DNA of 32,000 nucleotides from assembly GCF_000219355.1 (NCBI RefSeq), contig NC_015722.1:930001-962000 (forward strand). The letters are read 5' to 3'. Under the pieces are notes generated by a model. It was not told the origin of the DNA. It did not search any database and was given only the letters and a program-made list of their open reading frames with translations. The DNA is from Candidatus Midichloria mitochondrii IricVA. Lineage in GTDB: Bacteria; Pseudomonadota; Alphaproteobacteria; Rickettsiales; Midichloriaceae. The position numbers and the translations under genes are program-made. Below are positions 10,013 to 18,805 of the stretch, in pieces. Position 1 is the first letter of the stretch; each line of letters opens with the position of its first letter.

Positions 10013-10879
10013 ATGCAAAGAATTAAATTTTTAGCTTTTTCTTCTCTTTTTTTAAGCTGCTTGGAGTTGCACGCTGCATCTCCTGTTGATATAACCAAGG
10101 CCCAGATTTCAGAAGGAGCAATGGCCGCCAGACTTGATTCCATAGAAAAGGGGCTCAACGTATTACAAAAATATGTTTACAATTTAAGTTCCTCTCAATT
10201 GGCTGGCTCTCAGGGCTCTGGAAACGTTGAAAATCATATAAATGTTGACGAAATTGGCGAACAATTTAAATCTATAAGATCTGATCTAGAAAATATTAAG
10301 CAAGAGATTAATCAAATTAATGATAGAATGTTGAAAATCACCTCTGATGTTGAGCACAGGCTTGCAGATTTAGAGGGCCCTATCAAAGAAAAGAGAGAAA
10401 ATGCTCAAATTATAGACAGGGTTGAGTCGCAACTAAACGAAATAGAAAATAGGCCAGATCCAAGTACTCAAGTAAATGTTGATAAAGGATTAACTACTCC
10501 TGAGGAGCAATTTAGAAATGCTTATTATTTGCTAAGAGAAAAAAATTTTGATGGAGCTGGGGACGCTTTTGAAAAATTTATCAAAAATAACCCCAATAAT
10601 ACTTTAATAGGGTCAGCGCATTACTGGATTGGAGAGGTTTATACTAATAAGCAAGAATATGATAAAGCAGCTGTTGAATACTTAAAAGGCTACCAAGTCG
10701 GAGCAACTAGCGGCAGGGCTCCTGATAACTTATTGAAATTAGCGGAATCTTTATTTAAGCTTGGGAAGCGTCAAGAATGCTGTGTAACGATTGCAAAATT
10801 GAATAAAGAATTCCCTAATATATCAATTTCAATAAAAAGAAGTGCGAACCAACTGGCAAAAGATGCGGTATGCAATTAG
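10013..10879 (+). CDS. cpoB: Tol-Pal system protein YbgF/CpoB (signal peptide, coiled coil, C-terminal TPR domain)
   Basis: 288 aa. The signal peptide is MQRIKFLAFSSLFLSCLELHAAS, followed by a coiled-coil middle. The C-terminal YYLLREKNFDGAGDAFEKFIKNNPNNTLIGSAHYWIGEVY...APDNLLKLAESLFKLGK matches the YbgF TPR consensus. Confidence 0.8.
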   Translation: MQRIKFLAFSSLFLSCLELHAASPVDITKAQISEGAMAARLDSIEKGLNVLQKYVYNLSSSQLAGSQGSGNVENHINVDEIGEQFKSIRSDLENIKQEINQINDRMLKITSDVEHRLADLEGPIKEKRENAQIIDRVESQLNEIENRPDPSTQVNVDKGLTTPEEQFRNAYYLLREKNFDGAGDAFEKFIKNNPNNTLIGSAHYWIGEVYTNKQEYDKAAVEYLKGYQVGATSGRAPDNLLKLAESLFKLGKRQECCVTIAKLNKEFPNISISIKRSANQLAKDAVCN

Positions 10880-11407
10880 CGCAAAGATGGTCCTTGACAA
10901 ATCATGGTCCTATAGCTCGTCTGTATGCCCCTTTAGCCAAATACCAATAATTTTATATTTTTAGCGCCTAATGATTATCAAAAGAAGAGTGGGTTATACA
11001 CTTTGGGCGGCCGGCCGAGCTAAAAGAAACACTTCAATGAATGCCGCCTTTTAAAAAAATCGTTTCGTTTACGGTACCTACTAATGTCATTGCTGTAATG
11101 GGAAGGAGCGGTTCAAGGCGAGACTTAAATGGAGATTTTGCCCCCCAAAAATCTAGTTCTAATTATCGACCTTCACATTGTATCAGACTAACCGCAGAAG
11201 GGTTTTTAAAATATAGCTAAAGCAAGAAAAGTATCTCACGCCGTTTGCCCCTTGGCGAGCAAAGCTTACGAGACGGTCCATGTCAAAAACAAACCAGCTA
11301 CGACAGTAAATCTAATCTAACTTGAGAGAGAATCCCACCGAGAATTCTTCGTGGATATGCGCAGTGTACCTCTAGTAAACGGAGAGTTAAAAAGCCTCCA
11401 ACAAGAT

Positions 11408-11477
11408 GTTAAGGGACGATCCGTTGCCAGGCTCGTTTACTTTTTTAATATGGCCCACCTTAGGTATGGTTACCCAA
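11408..11477 (+). repeat. copy 1 of a dispersed repeat (38-nt core at 11408-11445, weaker similarity to about 11477)
   Basis: gttaagggacgatccgttgccaggctcgtttacttttt compared with 21281-21318 gttaagagatgatccgttgcaaggttcgtttgcttttt gives 33/38 identical, same orientation, no gaps. Patchy similarity continues for about 30 nt (gttacccaa against cttatccaa). Confidence 0.75.
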
Positions 11478-11594
11478 TTTCGAATTAAAGAAGTGCATAG
11501 ATAGCTACAGGGCGTCTTTCAAGCAAGAGAATTGGGAATTTTTTTCAGGTTTCTAAAATTTGATGTCCTCTTTGTGCGCCGCCCTGGCCGTGTA

Positions 11595-11972
11595 TTACAT
11601 TAAATCTTCTAAAAAGGTATCAGACTGGATTCGAAAAGATACATTTTGTTTTTGGTTAGCTATAATAGGAAACTTCGTCACTTCAATGATTATAGATTCT
11701 TCTAAAAACTTAGCTTTTAGCAGCTGCATTATTTCATAAGCAAAATGTTCTATGAGATTAAAATGCCTAGTAGTTGCAAATAATAGGATCTGCTCTATTA
11801 ATTCTTTATAACATGTAGTATCGAGCAATCGATCGGATATACACCCTCTAGGGCGCTCTTCACTTTTAACTTTGATGTCTAATAAAACTTCTTGTTTGGC
11901 TACCCTCTCAAAATCAAGGGCTCCTATGCTTAAAAGCACAGGAAGCTTATTGATAGATAGAATATAAGACAT
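11595..11972 (-). CDS. folB: dihydroneopterin aldolase family protein (FolB/FolX-like)
   Basis: 125 aa. The pattern LxxxIGxxxxERxxxQxxxxDI...SDxLxDTxxYxxLxxxI...FxLIExxAxEI is collinear with E. coli FolB as I remember it. Its start codon abuts the stop of the upstream binding-protein gene. Confidence 0.6.
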   Translation of the reverse strand: MSYILSINKLPVLLSIGALDFERVAKQEVLLDIKVKSEERPRGCISDRLLDTTCYKELIEQILLFATTRHFNLIEHFAYEIMQLLKAKFLEESIIIEVTKFPIIANQKQNVSFRIQSDTFLEDLM

Positions 11973-12970
11973 TTATTGCGGTTGTTCTACAGCTATAGTA
12001 TCAGTCTTAGGTTGATTATTTTCTTGTGTAGAAGATTCTAATTGAGTTACTGTTCCCGACTGTAAATCCATTACTTCATCGCTTTCCACTCCGCCACCAG
12101 GAGGATCTATTGCATTTTGGTCAGGAGTAGCTGGGTGCTCATAAGGAGTCTCGCTATCAGGAACAGTTGGTTCGGTGTCTGAGACAGTATTAGAAACTTC
12201 TGGTTCAGCAATTTGCGTCTCTAATTTTACCACCCACTTATTTTTTAATTCATCAATAGTACCATCTTGCTTTAGCTGAGATAATATATCGTTGATTTCT
12301 TTCTTAAGGGCTTCATCTTTTTTCTGCATTGCAATAGCAAAACCATAAGTGTTTCCAGTATCAATCGGCAAATACGCAAAATCTTGTGAAACCCTATTAA
12401 AGGCTATTGCTTGATCAAAATCAAGTAAAATTGCGTCAATTCTGCCTATTTTCAAATGCTCTATCAGCTGGATATTACTATCTTGAGAAAGGACCGTAAT
12501 ATCTGGAAACTCTTTTTGATCATCAAGGTAAGTTTCCATGGTAGAACCAGTTTGGGCCCCCACCACTTTACCTTTTAAATCTTTGGTATCCTTGATTAAA
12601 TTTCTTTTAGCATCAAATAATAAGGCCATTTCGCTTTTGTGGTATATATCAGAAAAAGCTACTAAGTTTTGTCTTTCTTCTGTTGGTGAAATTCCAGAAA
12701 TGATAAGATCAATATTTTTACTTTGTAGTGAGGCGACAAGGCTATAAAGAGGCATATCTTTAATAACAAGCTTTTTATTCATTTTCTCAGCAATTCTATT
12801 CGCTAGATCTACATCAAAGCCTACAACTGTGTTATCTTGTTGAAATTCAAACGGTGGATAATCCGGAGAGAGCCCTACTGTAATCGTGTGGTTATCTCCT
12901 TTTTCAAAGCATCCAGTAAGAACAAAAAATGATATAAAGGAAGCTAACAGTGTTTTTATTTTTTATTCAT
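11973..12970 (-). CDS. amino-acid ABC transporter substrate-binding lipoprotein (family 3 SBP) with a frame break in an A6 tract after codon 4
   Basis: The track ORF 11973-12782 lacks the N-terminal third. Its frame stays open up to 12962 and encodes KIKTLLASFISFFVLTGCFEKGDNHTITVGLSPDYPPFEFQQDNTVVGFDVDLANRIAEK. That is a signal peptide plus LTGC lipobox plus the canonical SBP_bac_3 N-terminus. The only start (ATG 12970-12968, MNKK) is one nucleotide out of frame across the A6 run at 12959-12964. The downstream part is typical SBP (GISPTEERQNLVAFSDIY..., GAQTGST). Confidence 0.7.
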
Positions 12971-13056
12971 AAATAATAATTCTAAATGGAACATACACCC
13001 TAGAAATATAGCTGTATTTTGTAAAAATCAATACAAAAAATTTACATCATACATCA

Positions 13057-14205
13057 CTAACGTGAAATTTCAACAGCTAATGTGGCTTCCTTCTGAATAT
13101 GCTGGCCTTTGCTAGCATTACTCAACATGTTAAGAATAGCATTTCTTACCTCTCTTTCTTGGCACAGCTGAGCGCAATCATCAAATGAGAGGCCGGCATT
13201 ATTTTTATTGTTTGTAAAATCCAGTGATATTTTACCATCTTGATGAGTAGTCAATATGATCTTAACTATATCTGCGTTACCTTCTAAGCACGCTTTGTGC
13301 AACAAGGTGTTCCCCTCTTTATCCCTTATATCTTTAAAGTGACATTTTTCTAATGCTGATTGAAAATTTTCTAAAAATTCTGTTGAATCTCGAAGAAGAT
13401 GAAAGCCAACTCCGAGACCAAGATTCATTAGCCCTCCTATAAACTTATCAGCCATTTGATCCGTTTCCACTTGTTGGCGTAACTGCCCAAAAAAATCCCA
13501 GCCTCCAATTACATACGCTGTTTCATCGCACAATTCTTCTGCCGATCTTTGCAGGATCAAGATTTTTTCTTCTTCTTTAGTATTAATTGCTTCAACAAAT
13601 TTATTTAAAGGCATGGTGCTTTTTAATTCTGCTGGTAGTAAAGATAATAAAGATTGGATATAACTTAAATCGCCAGCATAAATAGAATTGTGTAAATCAT
13701 CCAAAAGCCGCTTGAGCTCAGCTATTACATCATTACCGTAGCCAGCTTCTTTTAATTGTTTCTTTCTTCCCTCAGGACTCAACTGAGGGTTCACCTTAGT
13801 TTCTATGAACCTATTTATTTCTCCTAATTTCTGAAAAAAAGGTTTACAGTACTCACTATCATAAAGCTTTTCTACTATCTTATTTATTAGATTATCTTTA
13901 AGAATTATTGAATTATCATCAGAAGAGTTTAGTTTACCAGTTTTAGGTTTTTCTTTAGTATTCTTCTTAGATAGAAGACCAACAGAAGAGGGACCAAATA
14001 TCCTACTGTCTGATAACAACTTTACAAAAACCTCTATTCTATCATTTTTAAGTAGCCACAATAATAATTCTTCATCTTCACTTGAAGATCTTATACCTTG
14101 TTTTTCTGAGAGATACCCAATTATATGCTCAAATAGCTGACTATTACTACTATCCTTTGATAAAGTACTAGCAATGTCCTTTGTGGTATTAATTTGTATA
14201 ACCAT
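13057..14205 (-). CDS. hypothetical protein with C-terminal ankyrin repeat(s)
   Basis: 382-aa ORF. DKEGNTLLHKACLEGNADIVKIILTT matches the ANK consensus (xGxTxLHxAxxxGxxxxVxxLL). The remaining roughly 290 aa are unrecognised, with no signal peptide or TM. Confidence 0.7.
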   Translation of the reverse strand: MVIQINTTKDIASTLSKDSSNSQLFEHIIGYLSEKQGIRSSSEDEELLLWLLKNDRIEVFVKLLSDSRIFGPSSVGLLSKKNTKEKPKTGKLNSSDDNSIILKDNLINKIVEKLYDSEYCKPFFQKLGEINRFIETKVNPQLSPEGRKKQLKEAGYGNDVIAELKRLLDDLHNSIYAGDLSYIQSLLSLLPAELKSTMPLNKFVEAINTKEEEKILILQRSAEELCDETAYVIGGWDFFGQLRQQVETDQMADKFIGGLMNLGLGVGFHLLRDSTEFLENFQSALEKCHFKDIRDKEGNTLLHKACLEGNADIVKIILTTHQDGKISLDFTNNKNNAGLSFDDCAQLCQEREVRNAILNMLSNASKGQHIQKEATLAVEISR

Positions 14206-14281
14206 TATTGCCTTTTATAAAACATCATCTTATTCTTTTATCCTAACTAAAAATTTTATATTAATAAATAGGTTTTAAACT

Positions 14282-15232
14282 ATGGGTTGTAAGATATCTA
14301 TTATTGTTCCAGTCCATAACGAAGAGGAGGCAATAGAGCCGTTTATAGATAATATCCTGACTGTACTTAATAAGTTAACGGATAATTTTGAAATCATTTT
14401 TATTAACGATGGCAGTTCAGACCAAACCCTAAAAAAGATTATTACCCAGCGAGAAAGATTGCCTCAAATTAAAGCAATAGACCTCTCAAGGAACTTCGGC
14501 AAAGAAGCAGCTATAACTGCAGGCCTTGATTATGCTTCTGGTGAAGCGGTAGTTCCTATAGATGTGGATTTGCAAGATCCACCAACTCTGTTAGAAGGCA
14601 TGGTGCAAAAATGGCAGGAAGGCTTTGATATTGTTTTTGCTAAGCGTGTTAAAAGAAATAAAGATTCCTTCTTCAAAAAGAAGACAGCAACAGCATTTTA
14701 TTGGCTATGGAATAAAGTTGCCGACACTCAAATCCCAGTAAATGTGGGTGATTACCGACTATTAGATAAAAAAGTAGTTTTAGTACTACGTCAAATCCGA
14801 GAGAAGAATAGGTTTATGAAAGGCATTTTTGCCTGGGTTGGGTTTAAAAGTAGTGTTATTGAATTTGAAAGACCAGAACGTTTTTCAAGTACGACTTCAT
14901 TCAATTTTATTAAGTTATATAAGCTTGCTTTAGATGGTATTTTAGCCTTCACCTCTGCTCCTCTTAAAATATGGATGTATATTGGCTTTATAATATCTAT
15001 CAGCTCTTTTTTTACAATAATCTACTTAATTACCAGAACTGTTATACATGGAGTCGACGTGCCGGGTTATGCTTCTATTATGATTACGGTTCTATTTATG
15101 GGAGGAATAAATTTATTCAGTCTAGGAATAATGGGACAGTACTTAGCTAGAATTTATGATGAAGTCAAAAATAGACCAATTTATTTGATCAATAAAATAT
15201 ATGAGTCGCCACCGAAAAAAGAAATTAAGTAG
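14282..15232 (+). CDS. family 2 glycosyltransferase, polyprenyl-phosphate sugar transferase type (GtrB/ArnC/DPM1-like)
   Basis: 316 aa. It has ISIIVPVHNEEEAIEPF...FEIIFINDGSSDQT...RNFGKEAA...IDVDLQDPP (the DxD-type motif) plus two C-terminal TM helices, as in GtrB/ArnC. Confidence 0.85.
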   Translation: MGCKISIIVPVHNEEEAIEPFIDNILTVLNKLTDNFEIIFINDGSSDQTLKKIITQRERLPQIKAIDLSRNFGKEAAITAGLDYASGEAVVPIDVDLQDPPTLLEGMVQKWQEGFDIVFAKRVKRNKDSFFKKKTATAFYWLWNKVADTQIPVNVGDYRLLDKKVVLVLRQIREKNRFMKGIFAWVGFKSSVIEFERPERFSSTTSFNFIKLYKLALDGILAFTSAPLKIWMYIGFIISISSFFTIIYLITRTVIHGVDVPGYASIMITVLFMGGINLFSLGIMGQYLARIYDEVKNRPIYLINKIYESPPKKEIK

Positions 15233-15845
15233 AGCAGGATTAGTAATTGTAATTACTGGAGGAATCGCTTCTGGGAAGTCTTTTGTTTTAAAACACTTTG
15301 CTAATCTAGGGTTTGAGACTTTATCTTTAGATGAAATTGCAAATACTTTCCTAGATAGAAGTAGCCCGGTCTATGTAAAAATTACTCAAGCATTCCCAGA
15401 GTGCGTAAGTCAAGTAGATGGTTACTTAGATAAGAGGTCACTGTCAACATTAGTTTTTAGTAACATAGAGAAATTAAAGCTTCTAAATTCTCTTATCCAT
15501 CCACTTATCAGAGCTCGCTATCAAAATATTATAGAAGATAGACAAAGATCTATAGTGATTGAGATTCCATTAATGATAGAAGCAATGGTAAGAGATAATT
15601 ATGAATACGAAAATGATGCAATAATTTTGGTTAAATCCAGTTACGAAACTAGACTGAAAAGAATTATGCAGAGAAAAAATATGACTAAAGAGAGATTTGA
15701 TGCTATAGTGGCTCTGCAACTTTCAGAGGTTGTTAGAGAGGAGTGCGCGGATTTTATCATTGAAAATGAAAATCCTTTGGCGGTTTTTAATCAAGTAGAG
15801 AAATTTTTGCATGGCAGATTTGAGAGAAATAGTTTTAGATACTGA
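15201..15845 (+). CDS. coaE: dephospho-CoA kinase
   Basis: 214 aa. It has the P-loop ITGGIASGKS, then LDEIAN...HPLI...EIPLMIE, collinear with CoaE. It overlaps the upstream gene by 32 nt and dnaQ by 35 nt. Confidence 0.85.
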   Translation: MSRHRKKKLSRAGLVIVITGGIASGKSFVLKHFANLGFETLSLDEIANTFLDRSSPVYVKITQAFPECVSQVDGYLDKRSLSTLVFSNIEKLKLLNSLIHPLIRARYQNIIEDRQRSIVIEIPLMIEAMVRDNYEYENDAIILVKSSYETRLKRIMQRKNMTKERFDAIVALQLSEVVREECADFIIENENPLAVFNQVEKFLHGRFERNSFRY

Positions 15846-16488
15846 AACAACAGGGCTCAGAGTAAAGCACGGACACCGAATAATTGAAATAGGATGTGTA
15901 GAATTAGTTAACAAAGTTAGAACTGGTAAAACTTTTCATACCTACTTGAATCCGCAAAGAAAAATAGACCCTACAGCATATGAAGTGCATGGCATTTCAG
16001 ATGAACTTGTAGCTGACAAGCCCACATTCTCAAAGGTTGCAGAGCAATTTATGGAATTTATTGGCAATAGCAATTTGATTATCCATAATGCTGTATTTGA
16101 TATGCAATTTATTAATCAAGAGTTAACTTTATCAGGTCGCTATACCTTACCTATGCATAGGGCTATAGATACACTTTTAATGGCGAGAAAAAAGTTCCCC
16201 GGTTCTCAAGCAAGCCTTGATGCCTTATGTAGACGTTTTAATATTAGCCTCCATGCCAGAGAAAAACACGGAGCTCTTGTCGATGCTGAATTATTGGCAT
16301 TAGTTTATATAGAGATGAGCAGTGGAAGCCAAGGCCAAATTAGGCTAGATGCGAGCATTAATAGAGCGATAAATCTTAGAAATTATCCTTATCGGATTTT
16401 TGAAGCATCAGCTGACGAACTTAGAAGGCATGCATATATTATGAAGTTAATTAAAGAGCCGATTTGGATGAAAAGTGATTCAGCCTAG
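15811..16488 (+). CDS. dnaQ: DNA polymerase III epsilon subunit (3'-5' proofreading exonuclease)
   Basis: 225 aa. Exo I is IVLDTETTGL, Exo II is LIIHNAVFDMQFI, and Exo III is HGALVDAELLALVY. The coaE-dnaQ adjacency is common in Alphaproteobacteria. Confidence 0.92.
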   Translation: MADLREIVLDTETTGLRVKHGHRIIEIGCVELVNKVRTGKTFHTYLNPQRKIDPTAYEVHGISDELVADKPTFSKVAEQFMEFIGNSNLIIHNAVFDMQFINQELTLSGRYTLPMHRAIDTLLMARKKFPGSQASLDALCRRFNISLHAREKHGALVDAELLALVYIEMSSGSQGQIRLDASINRAINLRNYPYRIFEASADELRRHAYIMKLIKEPIWMKSDSA

Positions 16489-16538
16489 AAATCTCTGTTA
16501 TTAAAAAATCATAACCTTGTAGAAAAATTGTTAGAGTT

Positions 16539-17438
16539 ATGTCTTTTAAGCATCAGCATAAAGGTAATATTAATAACAAGTTTATAACTGGAATAGTACT
16601 AAATACAGCCTTCATTATTATCGAATTAGTTTATGGAGTTTTAGCTAATTCGCTAGCTCTTGTTGCAGACGCAATCCATAATGCAGCTGATGTTTTAAGT
16701 TTGTTTTTATCATGGTTTAGTTTTTTATTAGCAAGAAAAAAAGCCCCAGAAAAATTCACCTATGGTTACAAGAACCTAACTATTTTTGCGACCTTTATAA
16801 ATGCTATTTTGTTATTTTTATCAGTAGGCGCCATGATTTGGGAATCGTTTGAGCGCCTTGGAAACCATGAAACGGTCAATTCAGGCATAGTCATTTTAGT
16901 CGCTTTTGGTGGCGTAATTATTAATGGTCTTTCTGCTTTTCTATTTTTTGACGAACGGAGATCTGACATTAATATAGAAGGAGCATTTTTACATTTATTG
17001 AGCGATATACTGGTGTCTGTAGGAGTTATCGTAGCAGGCTTCTTTATTTGGTGGCGATCTTGGTATTGGATAGATTCTGTAATGGGTTTATTAGCTGCAA
17101 TAGTTATTATGATTAGCTCTTGGAAACTTTTTAAAGAATCACTAAATCTTATTTTAGGGGCTATTCCAGCAGCTATTGATTTAGAAAAACTAAAGATAAT
17201 GATTTTGCAATCCAAAGGACTAGTCACTTTCCATGACTTGCATATATGGCCCATAAGCACTACTGAGACCGCTCTCTCAGTACATTTGGTTGTCTTGCCA
17301 GAATCTTTTAATGAAGAAGTGACTACAAAATTAGAAGAGAGTATTAAGAATAATTTCCCTATTCACCATGTCACCATGCAGTTAGAAAAAAGAGATAATA
17401 ATGAATGCCCAACGGATTGTGCATTACACCAAGGATAG
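16539..17438 (+). CDS. cation diffusion facilitator family metal efflux transporter (CzcD/ZitB-like)
   Basis: 299 aa with six TM helices. It has the CDF signatures ALVADAIHNAADVLS and FLHLLSDILVSVGV, plus a C-terminal cytoplasmic domain. Confidence 0.88.
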   Translation: MSFKHQHKGNINNKFITGIVLNTAFIIIELVYGVLANSLALVADAIHNAADVLSLFLSWFSFLLARKKAPEKFTYGYKNLTIFATFINAILLFLSVGAMIWESFERLGNHETVNSGIVILVAFGGVIINGLSAFLFFDERRSDINIEGAFLHLLSDILVSVGVIVAGFFIWWRSWYWIDSVMGLLAAIVIMISSWKLFKESLNLILGAIPAAIDLEKLKIMILQSKGLVTFHDLHIWPISTTETALSVHLVVLPESFNEEVTTKLEESIKNNFPIHHVTMQLEKRDNNECPTDCALHQG

Positions 17439-17444
17439 AGCACC

Positions 17445-18656
17445 TTATCCCTTGCTAAAACGCTTTTCAACGTACTCTATTAGTATCTGCTTAAATTCTT
17501 CGGCAATATTGTCACCCCTTAGAGTGTGAGTCTTTTGCCCATCAATAAATACAGGAGCAACCGGAGATTCTCCAGATCCTGGAAGACTTATTCCTATATC
17601 TGCATGCTTACTTTCTCCAGGGCCGTTGACTATACAACCCATAACCGCCACCTTAAGATCTTCAACTCCTTTATAATCAGTACGCCATTTTTGCATTGCT
17701 AATTGTAAAAAGTTTTGGATGTCATTAGCTAATTTTTGAAAATAGGTGCTGCTAGTTCTACCACAGCCAGGACATGCAGAAACTTGCGGATTAAAAGTTT
17801 TCACCCCTAAAGCCTGTAATACTTCACAACATAAAGTCACTTCTTGAGTCCGTGATTCATCAACGCGTGGGGTTAAAGAAGCCCTAATAGTATCACCAAT
17901 TCCTTCTTGTAATAAAATAGCAAGAGCAGAAGAAATATTCACTACTCCCTTTAAGCCAATCCCCGCTTCCGTTAACCCAAGATGTAATGCATAATTTGAT
18001 CTTGCGGCTAATTCTCTATAAACTGCTACTAACTCTTGAACTCGACTTACTTTTGCAGAAATCACTATCTGGCCAGCGGCCATCCCTATTTCTTCAGCTT
18101 TTTTAGCGCTTGTAAGGGATGATTGTATAATTGCTTCTTGCATTATTTCTTCTGCTGATCTCGGGTTTGATAATTTGGAATTATCATCCATTAACTTAGT
18201 AGCTAAATCTTGGTCTAAGCTTCCCCAATTAACTCCAATTCTTATGGGCTTACTATATTTAAGGGCATATTCTACCATCATTTCAAACTGCTTATCTCTT
18301 TTGGCGCCAAATCCCACATTTCCGGGGTTAATTCTATACTTATCAAGAGCAGCTGCACATTCTGGGAAATCTCTTAAAAGCTGATGACCATTATAGTGAA
18401 AACAGCCAACTAAAGGCACTTTTCTCTTGGCCTCGACTAGCTCTTTTACTCTGATAACAGCTTTGGCAGCTTCATTATTATTCACTGTAATCCTAACAAC
18501 TTCCGAACCAGCTTCAGTAAGCTCCAGGACCTGAGCGGCAGTCGCTTTATGGTCTGCAGTTTCAGTATTTGTCATAGACTGAACTACAATTGGAGCCCCG
18601 CCTCCTATTTTAACTCCTGCAACATCAACTTGATGTGTCAAATGCCTGTTTTTCAT
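17445..18656 (-). CDS. ispG: 4-hydroxy-3-methylbut-2-en-1-yl diphosphate synthase (MEP pathway)
   Basis: 403 aa. It has [20 protein letters not shown], the cluster cysteines in SACPGCGRT, and [11 protein letters not shown]. Confidence 0.95.
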   Translation of the reverse strand: MKNRHLTHQVDVAGVKIGGGAPIVVQSMTNTETADHKATAAQVLELTEAGSEVVRITVNNNEAAKAVIRVKELVEAKRKVPLVGCFHYNGHQLLRDFPECAAALDKYRINPGNVGFGAKRDKQFEMMVEYALKYSKPIRIGVNWGSLDQDLATKLMDDNSKLSNPRSAEEIMQEAIIQSSLTSAKKAEEIGMAAGQIVISAKVSRVQELVAVYRELAARSNYALHLGLTEAGIGLKGVVNISSALAILLQEGIGDTIRASLTPRVDESRTQEVTLCCEVLQALGVKTFNPQVSACPGCGRTSSTYFQKLANDIQNFLQLAMQKWRTDYKGVEDLKVAVMGCIVNGPGESKHADIGISLPGSGESPVAPVFIDGQKTHTLRGDNIAEEFKQILIEYVEKRFSKG

Positions 18657-18805
18657 CGAACCTCTAAAATCCTGCTATTCTTTAAGCGAGCATCTGAGAT
18701 ACAGCTTCCGCCGTACTCTTTAAATAGGCAAACTACTAATGTGATTAGTTGCAGTCCATTATAGGGTATCAGAGCTTTAAAAACAAAAATTTTTTAGATT
18801 TATTG

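Noticed and set aside
11135-11154. Motif attttgcc...cccccaaaa(a)tct shared with 19072-19098 (with a 6-nt insertion), plus roughly 55-60 percent similarity for about 25 nt after it
   Set aside because: The match is too short and gapped to distinguish from chance by eye. It is recorded in case a genome-wide repeat search picks it up.
10880-11594. tmRNA (including the permuted two-piece alphaproteobacterial form), RNase P RNA or SRP RNA in the long ybgF-folB spacer
   Set aside because: I did not find the conserved RNase P blocks (GAGGAAAGTCC, AGGGTGAAA, ACAGAAnnnGGCTTA). I found no T-arm plus CCA with a nearby GGGG 5' end, and no tag ORF ending in hydrophobic Ala-Ala-stop. GGAAGGAGCGG at 11101-11111 only superficially resembles the SRP domain IV GGAAGGAAGCAGC. 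A covariance-model search is still needed.
16766-17260. 164-aa ORF antisense to the CDF transporter gene
   Set aside because: It is a shadow ORF inside a well-supported membrane-protein gene with no independent support.
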